From the NCBI GenBank assembly GCA_951406725.2, contig OX597814.1, positions 199,640,001 to 199,704,000 on the forward strand: 64,000 nucleotides of DNA. Direction: 5' to 3'. The translations under genes and the position numbers were made by a program. Below the pieces are notes generated by a model. The model was not told where the DNA came from and ran no database searches. It saw only the letters and a program-made list of their open reading frames with translations. Within the stretch, counting starts at the first letter, position 1. The number at the start of each line of letters is the position of its first letter. This document shows, one piece after another, positions 26,614 through 40,284 of this stretch. This DNA comes from Octopus vulgaris (Eukaryota).

Positions 26614-27140
26614 CTAGCAGTATCAACCGGCGTTGCTCGGGTTTGTAAGGGAAATAACTATATAAGCATTTTTAGAGAGTTATAGCAAAAAAATAGCAAA
26701 AAAATGCACTAAAAATGGAATAAAAAATAATGGTAATTTTGGTGTCTTCAAGCCATGAAGTCGTTGTTCTAAAAGAACGCTGGTCTCCTTGACAACGCAT
26801 TATGACGTTGATTTCCTTACACTCCCTTCCCCACAGCTTCACGGGGGAGGGAAGAAGGGGAAGAAGCAACACAGGTGCAAATGTGACCATGGACGCCAAC
26901 TCCGCCGCCATCGACACACGAAAAAATATGCATTAAAATGGAATAAAAAATGATGTTAAATTATTTTTAAAATCGTAGACTCATCGTAGACGCGCGCTAA
27001 TACGCAGACGGGCTCGATATGAATCACGACTATAAGATACCCGAATTTGATTAAACTGCACCGCAAAATGTGGGAGTAGTTAGGAATCTAAATCGAAGGG
27101 GACAGACACTCACACAACTACAGTTTTATATATATATAGA
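26614..27140 (-). mobile_element. Non-autonomous Helitron
   Basis: On the minus strand: 5'-TC start, GC hairpin (CCCGAGCAACGCCGG) just before 3'-CTAG, A/T insertion site, no TSD. Confidence 0.85.
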
Positions 27141-27144
27141 TATA

Positions 27145-27640
27145 CTAGCAGTATCGCCCGGCGTTGCTCGGGTTTGTAAGGGAAATAACTATATAAGCAT
27201 TTTTAGTGAGTTATAGCAAAAAAATAGCAAAAAATGCATTAAAAATGGAATAAAAAATGATGGTAATTTTTTTTAAATCGTTGACTCATCGTAGACATTT
27301 TTAGAGAGTTACTTCCCTTATATAATAGCGAAAAATGCATTAAAATGGAATAAAAAATTATGGTAATTTTTTTTAATCGTTGACTCATCGTAGACATTTT
27401 TAGAGAGTTACTTCCCTTATATAATAGCGAAAAATGCATTAAATTGGAATAAAAAATGATGGTAAATTTTATTTTAAATCGTAGACTCATCGTAGACGCG
27501 CGCTAATACCCAGAAGGGCTCGATATGAATCACGACTATAAGATACCCGGTTTTGGTTAAACTGCACCGCAAAATGTGGGAGTAGTTAGGAATCTAAATC
27601 GTAGGAGACAGACACACAACCTTACTTTTATATATAAAGA
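27145..27640 (-). mobile_element. Non-autonomous Helitron (tandem to the previous copy, with internal duplications)
   Basis: CTAG at 27145-27148, hairpin CCCGAGCAACGCCGGG, 5'-TC at 27640. Internal repeat of the AAATGCATTAAA.TGGAATAAAAAA block. Confidence 0.87.
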
Positions 27641-27769
27641 TTTGTGCAACAACTAAAACATTCGGTTGTGCAAATTGTTTGCACAGGAAACCTGCCCTGT
27701 GTGGCGGTAATTGCCGTTTTTGTGGATCTGTTTCAGGTTTTTTAGCGATTTCTGTTTTGGCGACTTCAA

Positions 27770-28156
27770 GCTATGAAGTCGTTGTTCTAAAAGAACGCTG
27801 GTCTCCTTGACAACGCATTACGACGTTGATTTCCTTACACTCCCTTCCCCACAGCTTCACGAGGGAGGGAAGAAGGGGGAGAAGCAACACAGGTGCGGAT
27901 GTGAGCATGGACGCCAACTCCGCCGCCATCGACACACGAAAAAATATGCATTAAAATGGAATAAAAAATGATGCTCAATTATTTTTGAAATCGTAGACTC
28001 ATCGTAGACGCGCGCTAATACCCAGACGAGCTCGATATGAATCACGACTTTAAGATACCCGAATTTGATTAAACTGCACCGCAAAATGTGGGAGTAGTTA
28101 GGAATCTAAATCGAAGGGGACAGACACTCACGCAACTACAGTTTTATATATATAGA
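27770..28156 (-). mobile_element. Helitron, 5' part of the same family, lacking the standard 3' end
   Basis: Near copy of ~26750-27140. Confidence 0.8.
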
Positions 28157-28324
28157 TATACTGCCACGCCGTCGGTTACGAAGACGTGGGTTCCACGTGA
28201 TCCTCCTCATGAAAAAAACATGCAAGTGGTTGAGTACTCTCCAGAAACGCATACCCTTAGCGTAGTTCTCGGGGATGTTCAGCATGACAGAGAATGAGAC
28301 ACCGCAGTTCCTTTCAATTTCACG

Positions 28325-28450
28325 TACAACTCATTTTCGCCAGCTGAGTGGACGGGAGCAATATGAAGCGAAGTCGCTTTCTCAAGGACACAACGCATCG
28401 TGAATCGTACTCTCGATCGCGAACCGAGTACCTTAAACAATAAGCCACGT
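28325..28450 (-). mobile_element. SINE family C fragment
   Basis: CCAGCTGAGTGGAC..CTCAAGGACACAACGCA matches 13390-13450. Confidence 0.7.
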
Positions 28451-28799
28451 GCCTATGCACGTACATATTATATATATACATATATATATGTACCTACACA
28501 TATATATATATACATACATACACACACACATATGCCTATATGTATATATACACACATATGCATATGTGCATGTATACAAATATATGCATATATGTATACA
28601 CATAAACACATATGATTTCTAAATATTTGTTAACTGTTGTTATTTTAGTGTGTGCGTGTGTGTATAGATAGTTAGACGTAGATATATATATCATGTCCAT
28701 AATTACATCTAGTGTTAAAAGTTTTTGCCATCCGTTTTTGTACCCTATATATCTGAATAACTTACAGAATATATAATCGAGACCAGAACAAGTGTGTGT

Positions 28800-28806
28800 G
28801 TGTGTG

Positions 28807-28867
<61 letters not shown>

Positions 28868-29021
28868 TGAATATTTGCATACATGCATCATGATATATTT
28901 ATTTATATAAACATGTATATATATGTACATATATATATATATATTTATATTATATATATATATATATATATACATATAGGTTTATATATATACATATATG
29001 TATATGTAATAACGTATATGT

Positions 29022-29063
<42 letters not shown>

Positions 29064-29106
29064 TATATACATACATATAAGTATATATAATAACGTATGT
29101 GTATAC

Positions 29107-29137
<31 letters not shown>

Positions 29138-29342
29138 ATTATATACATATATGTGTATATATATACATACATATATAAGTATATATAATAACGTATATGT
29201 GTATATATATACATATATGTATATATATAATATATACATATATGTATATATATATATATTATATATAATTATATACATATATATATATATATATACATAT
29301 ATATACATACATATAAGTATATATAATAACGTATGTGTATAC

Positions 29343-29376
<34 letters not shown>

Positions 29377-29670
29377 ATTATATACATATATGTTATATAT
29401 ATATACATACATATAAGTATTTATAATAACGTATGTGTATACATATATATACATATATATATATATACATATATGTATATATATATAATTATATACATAT
29501 ATGTGTATATATATACATACATATAAGTATATATAATAACGTATATGTGTATATATATATATATACATATATGTATATATATAATTATATATATATATAC
29601 ATATATATATAATTATATACTTATTTATATATAACTATTTATATATACTATTTATATATACTTATTTATA
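28800..29670. repeat. (TA)-based microsatellite with higher-order structure
   Basis: Landmark TAATAACGTAT recurs about six times at ~80-140-bp spacing. Confidence 0.9.
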
Positions 29671-30693
29671 TATAACCCGTCGTTGCCGGGACATAGTGTT
29701 AGTGCATGTATATATGTGTATATATATGTGTATATATTTCATGTACATTTATATATATATACATCTACACATAAAATACAAAATACAAAGTTATATCTTG
29801 ATATCGCTATTGATAACAATACTCAAAATATATAACAGACTGGAATTGTTAGCCCGTCTCTTGTAATTTCAATCAATTGTATCTTGTCCTCCCTCTTGTA
29901 TAGAAGTGTGCCTACAATCCACCCTACCTCTACGTCTGGGGGGGGGGCATTTAAAATTTTTTTCCGGAACGTCCTACGTCCCAGATATAAAGCTAAAAAT
30001 AAAATATTTCCACTTTGCAAGTTCGAGTCGAGTACTCCCTTGCACGCTCCGTTGACTCGAACCTTGCTTCTATTGTGGCGAGTTTATCGCCTCTGATTAG
30101 ATATCTTTCATAGTCCCACTAAGACACTTTTCGAAGGTGCTTTTCTCCAGTTGTTCAAATCTTTTTTCTCTACATTGTATACTTTATAGACAATAGTCTT
30201 TTCTTTAATTTAATTTTTTATTATCTATCTGGACTATTCCATTTCTGCTCGCTAATTTTATTTTTAATTTATTCCCATTCATGTGAAGCCATTTGTTCAA
30301 GTCATTGATGCAATTTTATACCAATTGCTATTTTTACTTTTGTTATGTTACGATTATATTATACTTTAGTTTGATTTTAATTATTACTTACTACATATAA
30401 TTCAATTGTTATTATTATTTTTATTGTTAAAGTGAAAGTATCTGACATAAAATAGGGAAATGTTTTTGTTTCACCTTTAACAAGTAATACTGAAATAGTG
30501 GAGAAGATATGATATTGTTATGGGCTCGCTCTATGCAAGAAGTTGCAAATTATTTTTGCCCATGAAACTACATGGACCCTAAGTAAGGCATGTGTAAAAT
30601 TTGAATGAAATTGGTTGTGTAGTTCTCAAGTTTTAGGGAAACACACAGACATACAGACAGACACACATTCTCAGTTTTATATATATATAAAGA
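29670..30693 (-). mobile_element. Probable Helitron-type non-autonomous element (~1 kb)
   Basis: 5'-TC(T)TTATATATA..AAAACTGAGA start at 30693 and a CCCG..CGGG hairpin near 29675. The CTAG end is not visible. Confidence 0.55.
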
Positions 30694-32797
30694 TTATATA
30701 CTTATATATATATATATAATTATATACTTATATATAGCAAACATTCACTTAAGTGCCAAGGATGTTACAGCCTACTTATAAAGGTAGAAATTCCAGAGTT
30801 TAGTGAAATGCGTTGGGAGGTAAACAAAATTGAGGTTACTTCAAGTATTTGAGAAATATTTTAACTTCTAAAGGTAAAAGTCATTACATTTTGCCGTGGA
30901 GAAGAATTATTGCTTGTTGTAAATTGTGTGAAAACACCGCATCTGCTCAATGTCTTCCCATCCACTTTCGGACTCTCAAACGCGTTTCAAGGATTCACAG
31001 GGTTTTCTAAACATTTGTTAACTGTTGTGTTATTTGTGTGTATGTGTGTGTGTAGATAGACATAGATGAATTATATATATATATATATATAATAGGTTAT
31101 AATATATATATATATATATATAAAAGGGGTTTGTATGATTGTGTATAGAGGGATATATATTATTCAAAGAAATTCCAACTGTCTGTTTTTTACGTTTTAT
31201 TTATATTCTTTATAATATTAATGTAGAATATAGAATATATAGTATAAATATATATATATATAGTAAAATGAAATGAAGTATTGATTGTCTTATTGAATAG
31301 ATGAAATATTGAATATAAAATATTAAGGGACAAGTGTACTTTCTTGCATTATAGCAGTCTTCATAATTCAATCCAGTATTAAACGTTTTCTGCCCTCCGA
31401 TTTTCGTTTGGTACCCTATATATCTGAATAACTTACGGAATATATATTCGAGACCAGAACAAGTGTATATATATATATTCATTCATGGATATTCATTCTT
31501 GGATATTTGCATACATGCATCATGATATGTTTATTTATATAAACATATTCGATATTTTTAATGAGATATCAAACATCAATTGCCGATACATTTCATTAAA
31601 CCTATAAAGTTTATTCTGAATCATTGCTCTCCTGCCTCTTGGGTTCATAATTTCCTGATGAAATATAGATTAGTGTTGCAGCTCTGAAGAAATGACAACT
31701 TTGATTTATTTGTGTGTTATCTCGCCAAACGTATACATTAACCGCGCAAAAGAACTATAGGCTTGGATTCTGGATTCGTAATTTTATTTAATATATCAGC
31801 AAAAGTATTATGGAAATCGATCGTACGATATTTAAAAGTACTATAAGCAACAGTACATAAGTTTCCTTCTCGGGAAAATCTTTCTGAAAACCGTATTAAA
31901 TCAGCTGAATTCGCATAAGATATTGACATTTATTACTGAGTAGTATATAAATTTTACACATAATCGAATATACAATCAACTTTAATGCTAACAATGTCCC
32001 CATTTTTTGTGAATGAACGTCTTACTATAGTAATAATTCCCAACCTTTTAATGCTATCTTGTCTAAAAGGATTTAAGATTTAAGACGTCACTTAATTTTG
32101 ACAGTTTTCTTATAAATTCTGAAGAAGAGTAGACAAAATTCCTAGCGCTATGTACTTAGGTACCTTTAATTTCTGCATGGAAATTCTACTGCAATCAGTT
32201 TTCCCTTTCGTACTAACAATAAAACAAAAATCAATTATATGCTGTTGATTAACTCGACTACACTCTCTTCTCTGACTCTTGTAGCCATATTCCTCTGATA
32301 CCTATAAAAGATACTATACATATCAATAGTTTCAAAGTCAGATTCCATCTTAAGCACTTGATGAGAACTTAGTTCTTTCATAAAGTAAACCTGCATCTTA
32401 AATGGGAAAAACTTATTCCGTCTTGGGAGGGATAATTTTTACTTGTGATATCTTTCTTCTATCTCCCAAACTATCTCATAACAATACTACGAACTTAGAC
32501 TCCCCGAAGAGGCAGAAGCTATTTACATCACATCTGTTAAGAACTTTTACTTATCTCTTGTGATTTATACATCTTTATGCATTTGTATTGCTCTATCTCT
32601 TCCCAAAATCTTGACTCGATGCCTGTTATTTGCTTCTCTATCCTTTTGTTTTATCACGCATTATATCAGCTTATTCAATACATTGTCTATAGACAACCTC
32701 CATGTAGGCAACAATCACATCCCTGCATTTAAGGTTGAAGTTTAAGCACAGAAGTCCTGAACATGAAATTATCATTTGACGTAGAAAGATATATATA

Positions 32798-33181
32798 TCT
32801 TTATATATAAAAGAAAGGTTGTGTGTCTGTCTACTCCGATTTAGATTCTTAACTACTCCCACATTTTGCGATGCAGTTTAACCAAAACCGGATATCTTAT
32901 AGTCGTGATTCATATCGAGCCCTTCTGGGTATTAGCGCGCGTCTACGATGAGTCTACGATTTTTAAAATAATTTACCATCATTTTTTTCCATTTTAATGC
33001 ATTTTTCGCTATTATATAAGGGAAGTAACTCTCTAAAAATGTCTACGATGAGTCAACGATTTTAAAAAAATTTACCATAATTTTTTATCTATTTTTAATG
33101 CATTTTTTGGCTATAACTCTCTAAAAATGCTTTATAGTTATTTCCCTTACAAACCCGAGCAACGCCGGGCGATACTGCTAG
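32798..33181 (+). mobile_element. Non-autonomous Helitron
   Basis: A|TC at 32798, hairpin CCCGAGCAACGCCGGG, CTAG|T at 33178-33182; same family as 27145-27640. Confidence 0.9.
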
Positions 33182-33182
33182 T

Positions 33183-33450
33183 GTATATATATAATAAGAA
33201 AATGGAGAAATACATCTTAATCAATAATCAACTACCAGATAATACCCAATCACATAATTTATTTAAACCACTACATATGAACATTAAGGTCAAACATAAT
33301 AATATAGAACAAAACAATGTACATGAATGAGTAATATGATACAATAAGTACAGTATGTATAAGTGAATATAAATAAATACAAATATAAATATAAACTACA
33401 TCTTACAGCTGTTTCGGTCATGCAGATATGGGTGCCTCATTATGCTCATA
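33183..33450 (-). mobile_element. Penelope-tail-like repeat with degenerate hammerhead remnant
   Basis: Minus strand ..AATGAGG..TGACC-GAAA-CAGCTGT-A at ~33400-33445 with palindromic ACAGCTGT. Its tail is repeated at ~45595-45780. Confidence 0.55.
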
Positions 33451-33934
33451 TTAAGACTTGCTGTTGACCTGCAGGTTCTGCTGCAAAACATTCTCGAGTG
33501 TGGCCCTTTCATGCGACTTTCTTGGGCACTAGCAACGTCGTCGCTAGTGCGGGTTACGTTTAATAAGTGTCTTATTAAACCCGACTTTGGCTGGCACTTG
33601 ATTACAAGTTATTCAAGGGCAGGTGTCTTGTTGAAGAGATGAAAATTTGGCTTACCCACCTGGAGAAATGGAGAGAGAGAAAGGCAAGATGCAAGTTGAA
33701 TATGAGAGACAGAATAAAATAGAGGAGCAGAGGAGGTGGACGTTTAGTTAAAGAGTGTTAGAGTGAGAATAGTGTGACAGATGATTAGAGGCAAGGAACG
33801 AGTTGGAAACAGAGAATATCAGTTCAGCAGAGAGGATGTGAAGGAAAGGAATAGCGCACCATAGAACATTGGAAGAGTGGGATGAGCTGTTGAGGGAGGT
33901 TGACAGAACCGCGATTCTGCTAAATTAGGCGGAT

Positions 33935-34327
33935 CTTCTCTAGTACATTTCGGTTTCCTCGTCATCTCCTCTGAGAGACTGAGTATATTGAATTTAGTCA
34001 TTACCATCTCATTCCAGGTCTTCTTGGGTGTCCCTTTTCCACAAGTCCGTTCCGGTATTTCTTTATACCGTTGTCCTCATCCGTTCACATCACACAACTT
34101 TTTCTCCTGTACTCTACATCTGATACCTTTACTGCCCAATTTTTCTCTCGTCACATTTGTACTTTGACGTACATGTACAATGATGTTGCAAATCCATCAG
34201 AGCATACTTGTTTCATTTCTTTCAAATTTTCAAATGTTTTTCTGCATTTCCTACCCAAGTTTCACAAACTTGTGGCATTACTGTTCATCTACGGGCATCG
34301 TACAATCTAACTTTCACTCTGAGAGAG
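33935..34327 (-). mobile_element. Decayed RTE-clade LINE 3' fragment
   Basis: LSLRVKVRLYDA..CETW..RTCGKGTPKKTWNEMV..ILSLSEEMT matches the RTE ORF C-terminus. Confidence 0.75.
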
Positions 34328-34337
34328 AGGTCAGTTC

Positions 34338-34818
<481 letters not shown>

Positions 34819-35739
34819 TATATTTTGAGAGACTATCAACTACTTCTAGGGAATTTTCTGAGCATTCCAGAATGTCTATTACCCGTGTATTCTTAGTGTT
34901 TATTGCTCCTGCCCATCTGCCAAATAACCTTCGTGTGATTACACGGCACTTTTTGTGTCCATAGTTTGTACAGAGTACGCCGTATGGAATTCCTTCCTAC
35001 ACCTTTTCTAAATGTAGAACAGGGCTATTTACCTGAAAAGATTAGTGTCTTGATTGAAAATTGACACAATCGTTTGAGCATCTGATAAAAGTTTCTGCAA
35101 GTTCTGTTCAACTGTCTGTTCTCGGAGTTCAAATCAAGCGATCAGCTTTGCTTTTCATCCTTTCACCAGTCTTGGACATCAGATTAGTAGAAGTGCTAGA
35201 GCATCAGATGCTTTGTAGTAATTAATATGTTTCAGTTTCGTGCGATCTGAGTTAAAATCTGTCCTCCTGTTACCGAAATAGAAATGTAACACTTCCTGTC
35301 GGGATTTACACCGGACAGATTGTATCAGCAACTGAAAAATGAATGGGAAATAAAATGAATAGCTTCTTTGGCTCCACTGGAAAATCGGCTGCAATACGAG
35401 GTTTTATATATTAATAATGGGTAGAATATTCAAATTTGAATATTCATAAAGATATTATTAATGCTAATATCATCTACGGTAAATATAAGTAATCGATAAC
35501 ACCAGCAACAATAACAGAGGTGGTTAACAGGTATTAATTAAAGAGCATTAACTGGCCGAAATTTCAACATCACTAAGTCATTCTCAGTAATAATTTTGTT
35601 GAAGAATAAGCTCGTACTCTACAATAAGTATTGGGTAACCCCTTAGTTTAATGTGAAATTGTTTTTAATATAACTAAGTATAGAATCAAAATGTATATGT
35701 GTATACACAAGTAAGTATATATATATATATATATATCGC

Positions 35740-35925
35740 CATGATAGATCGTTAGCTACTACACACATTTTTTTCTCTTTGTTTTTTCTGTGTCCCTTTC
35801 TGTAGAAGAGCGTAGGCTTGAAACGTAAAAGACTTTTTCTATTCCTGAGCGTTATACTAATACATCTGTTTTGTACACCCCCTGCCGTCGTCTTCTGTTT
35901 TTTTCGTAAACTCTCCCTATATATA
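35740..35925 (+). mobile_element. Penelope-tail-like unit with a variant hammerhead-like core
   Basis: CTGTAGA-A-GAGC GTAG GCTT-GAAA-CGTA at 35800-35827 (A6 replaced), ending in (TA)n. Confidence 0.55.
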
Positions 35926-35944
35926 TATATATATATACACAACC

Positions 35945-36142
35945 TATAAACAAGGGCAAAAGAAGAATTATTTCTATGCCAATATGCTGATAATAGACTT
36001 TAAATCGTCAATTTCCACATCTCATTATACATTCACTATAAATACTTATAGTGAATGTATAATGAAATGTGGAAATTGCCGATTTAAAGTCTGTTATCAG
36101 CATATTGGCATAGAAATAATTCTTCTTTTGCTCTTGTTTATA
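35945..36142. repeat. Near-perfect palindrome: 97-bp arms, 4-nt loop
   Basis: 35945-36041 pairs with 36046-36142 with 4 non-Watson-Crick positions. Confidence 0.95.
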
Positions 36143-37489
36143 ATTTGTTTATAATTTTAATCTTTAAAGGTATTTTGATATGTTCCCACTTTTGATAAAA
36201 TTTTTTCTGAAAAAATTTTTATCCTATATTAGTAGTATATATATAAATATACATACACACACACACACTCTACTATCATCGTCAGCCATTCTTTTTACTA
36301 AACGATTAGTAAATAAACTATTATGCCATCAATCAATTCCTTACCCTTTTCCTTTTCCATGAGGTGCTGATAGCTATTCCGTCTCACGACGGCAATGGCT
36401 TATTTATTAATCCTTTTGCAAATATAAAAACAATTGGCGGTCGCTAATAGAGAAGTACCTACTTTTCTATATCGTAGAAGTAAAGAACAATATATATAGC
36501 CTGTTGCTATGTGATATGTACTGGAGTAATCTGCCCATATTATGGCCCATTGTCTTGTCTATTCGGTAGCTATTGGTGCATAAATCATACTTTGGCACAC
36601 TAATGAGTAGCTGTGAAGCAAAATAGATTCTTCAGTTCTGTTATATTTTTTATTTATACTTCGCTGCATTTAATCTTCTAAATTATATGAAAGAAGAATA
36701 ACCGAGATTACGATGCATGTGGAGAGTCAGACGGTGAAAGTATTAGTTACAGCTTCCGTGTGTTTTATCTTATCCTGCAAGTAAATTGATGCGGCTGTTT
36801 GTATTTAAGACAGAAAAAGCCAGGCACTCGTAGTTTTAATTTAATATTTGGCTGTTGCTCTGAATGCGATGTGTTTTTGTTTCTTCTTTTCGGAATAACT
36901 CTTCGACCAATCAGTTTTGTAATCTTTATTCTTTTAATCCACGTTTCTTCCCATTTTACGAAAAATCTTTACGTTTTGTTTTGTATACAAAAGTATTCAG
37001 AAATCGGAATACAAAAATATATCTTTGAAATAGTCCATTAAAATGTCTTTCAACATGTTCAAACTTACGTCAGTTACAACATTAAGCTAGCGAGTTGGCG
37101 AGCGGAGAAGCTTAAGTTGTTTATTTTGGACGGTTTTCATTCAGTTTTCTCCATCGCCCCTTTCGCTCTTCTTACGTAGTAGGAATATTCTATTGTTTTA
37201 TGCTGTATTGTTTTATGTTATACCATCAGCAGTTATTTGCTTTTTATTTGCTTTTCTTTAGTCAGCTTTCTTCTGTTGAATCTTAAATTGTTACTTACAG
37301 TACACTCTGCACCGTGTTTGAAAGCTAATGAGAGTATTGACGCCGTGGTTATATTTGCGTGTATGGATTGAATGGGAGGGATAGTTTACGTAGAATGCTG
37401 CTTGTATTAAGTGATCTGGACTATTGTATAGCTATTGTTTAAAGGGGGAAACTGTAAATGAAGTAGTAGAGACTGTGTGGTGTGGCGGG

Positions 37490-37720
37490 GCTGTAGCTTA
37501 CTACTTCAACAAACCAGGCTTCTCACATATCCAGGTGGTCTGTCATGTTTAGAATTTTTGTTTCGTTGTGGGTGTGTCTGTGTGTAGCTTGTGATGCGAA
37601 GTGTATTGTTCTGTGTTTTTTAGTAGTTTATGGTTTGTTGCGGAGAGATTTGTGGGCCAAAGCAGGGCTGGCAATAATACCATGATGGCTCTATTGTTGT
37701 TCTTCTCATAGAGGGAACCA
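37490..37720 (-). mobile_element. Probable decayed I/Jockey-group LINE fragment
   Basis: Frameshifted ..TNLSATN.KLL.. and HNETKILNMTDHLDM resemble the post-RT region of I/Jockey-group elements. Confidence 0.5.
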
Positions 37721-37841
37721 ACGCACACATCCCCAGGAAGATGGGGCAGCGGAAATTGAAGACGATGGACAGACAAGTGGCTGTGTTTAATAAAAGTGAA
37801 ATGAGCTTAAACTTTTTTAATTTGTCCAGTATTATGATGAA

Positions 37842-38223
37842 GGCGGCGAGCTGGCGGAAACGTTAGCACGCCGGGCGAAATGCGTAGCCGTATTTCGTCT
37901 GCCGTTACGTTCTGAGTTCAAATTCCACCGAGGTCGACTTTGCCTTTCATCCTTTCGGGGTCGATAAATTAAAAATTAAATACCAGTTACGCACTGGGGT
38001 CGATGTAATTGACTTGATCCTTTTGTCTGTCCCCTCTGTGTTTAGCCCCTTTTCTGAGTTCAAATTCCGCCAAGGTCGACTTTGCCTTTCATCCTTTCGG
38101 GGTCGATAAATTAAAAATTAAATACCAGTTACGCACTGGGGTCGATGTAATCGACTTAATCCGTTTGTCTGTCCTTGTTTGTCTCCTCTATGTTTAGCCC
38201 CTTGTGGGTAGTAAAGAAATAGG
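37842..38223 (+). mobile_element. SINE family B dimer
   Basis: GGCGGCGAGCTGGCGGAAACGTTAG head and two core units. Confidence 0.9.
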
Positions 38224-39074
38224 AAAAGTAATTATTTCTAGCTTTTATTTTCCAGTTTCATTTAAACAGAAGGGGCGAAAAAATTCGCTGCTTTTATTTT
38301 ATTTTTTTTTTTGCGGTGGTGGCGGGTCTGGTGTTTGACCTCTGCCCCGATATTATTATTTATATACGATTTTTGTTGTTCCATCCTTTTCACCAAATTT
38401 GGGGCTTATTGTTTAAGTATGATTGTGTGACGCTTTCCCCTCCTTACCATGTTTTCTATCCATTATGTGGATACTATAGCAATGTATTTAATTTCAAGTG
38501 TGTTGGTTTTTACATAGGTAATGTGTTTATGTTGAATGGGTAATGGTTTTTTTCTCTCGCATTTATTGCTCACTGGAAAGGAAATAGTAGATTTGGTAGC
38601 TACTAACCCCCACCAGTCTATTCTGTTAAAGCCTTCTGTTTAAGTAGTTGACGTAGAATCGGAGAAGTTGTACAGCAAAATTTGGTTATTTTTAAGAAGG
38701 AGCACCATTTACCTATGTGGTTCTGTATATTTTTAGGTGTGGAACGGTAATGTAGGTATAGTTTTAAAAGTGTTGGCGTGAGGTTTTGTACTTGTGACAC
38801 ACCGTTCAGAGAATATCTGAGATACGTTGTCGCTGTACATTATTTCATTTCTTAAGCGACTTTTGTCGAGATTTCGAATTTTCAGATTTACAATGGGATA
38901 CTTCGATCAACAGATTAAATTGATTGATACCAACTTTCATAAGAAATGTTTAATTGGGAAGCACCTTCTCTATCCTGCAGCAAAAACAATTCCAAAGCCT
39001 ATTATCAAAGTGAGAAGTTCGGTGTAATAAGTAGCGGTTTGTAAATCCCATTCACGTATTTTCTACATAATCTA

Positions 39075-39753
39075 CCGTAAATCCTCGAGTACAGTCCGCC
39101 CTTGAGTATAATACGTAGGGGATTTTAGGGGGCTGTACCCCTGAAAAACCTAAAATTTGTGTCTAATATGCACCCCTTGTCTAACTTGAGTCAAGGAGGT
39201 CTATATAATGTCCTTGGTTTGTAAAAATGTATACGGTAAGGTCCTTTATTATTATTGTATATATCACAAAATGGGCGAACCTTTTGCACACGTGACTTTG
39301 TTTACATTTCTGAAGATAACAGAAACCCTTTTCTCCCACCCCTAACCCTAACATAAACCCTAAACCTAACCCCCATATATAAAAAAAAAACACTTTCTTG
39401 AAATGTATCCGGCACTTATACCGAAGTTACGCCACATAATGTAAACGTGTAGCTTTTTTGTGCATTTTGTTGGTAGAAAATAAAGAAATAACAGTAATAA
39501 CGTTTAATAAATGTTGCTTACTGCAAGTTATGGATGACTCTTTTATGACTTCATTGCTTTCAGGCTTAGCTTAAGGTATTTTCGCGCCCGACATCACAAA
39601 ATGCGTCTGAATAAACATTGCCGGACAGCAAATAGGGACTCGGATATTGCTTAGAAAATATTTTTCATTTTTAACCTCGTATATAGTACGCACTAGGGAT
39701 TTTGACCTTTAAATTTTGGGGGAAAAATACGGATTATACTCGAGGATTTACGG
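39075..39753. mobile_element. Non-autonomous Tc1/mariner-superfamily element (Tc2/pogo-like termini)
   Basis: Perfect 17-bp TIR CCGTAAATCCTCGAGTA at both ends with TA flanks at 39073-39074 and 39754-39755. Confidence 0.88.
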
Positions 39754-40284
39754 TAATCTGGTAGGGTTTCTTCGGAGAGTCCATTATTGTCGCATAAATA
39801 TTTGAAAGAATAAACTACATTTTAGACAAATACGAATGCAATCGTCTGCAACTTTTAATATATTTTGAGCTGCTTTCGTACACTTGTTCCATGCCAGTTG
39901 TTTGAAGGGATCAAAATATATAGTAAAGGGAAATGGAAAAGAACGCCTTTCTTGAAAGTTGACATTTAAAAAAATAAAAAACTATTTCTGTGAAAGCATC
40001 AACTGCCGCTGGTTTAAAACCTATTGTTAAAATGTTTGGCGATATGACTGGCTAGCATATCAATTCCTAAAAACAATGAACTCTGTTGTATCACTTCAGT
40101 TCTTCTGGCCATTAGAGTATAGGTAAGGTTGATTGAGCAAAGATAGAACTGTATTGGAATACTGCGTATTTACACTGGATAAAAACTGGGGAATTCTTTG
40201 AGTCGAAAAATAAAATAACTCTGGCTGATATGATCACTGCCGTACAAAAATAAGTAAAAGGGAAGTGAATTTGAATACATATTG

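Noticed and set aside
38540-39070. Possible decayed retroelement ORF flanking the Tc2-like insertion
   Set aside because: Only vague similarity to PLE RT C-terminal motifs; not supportable.
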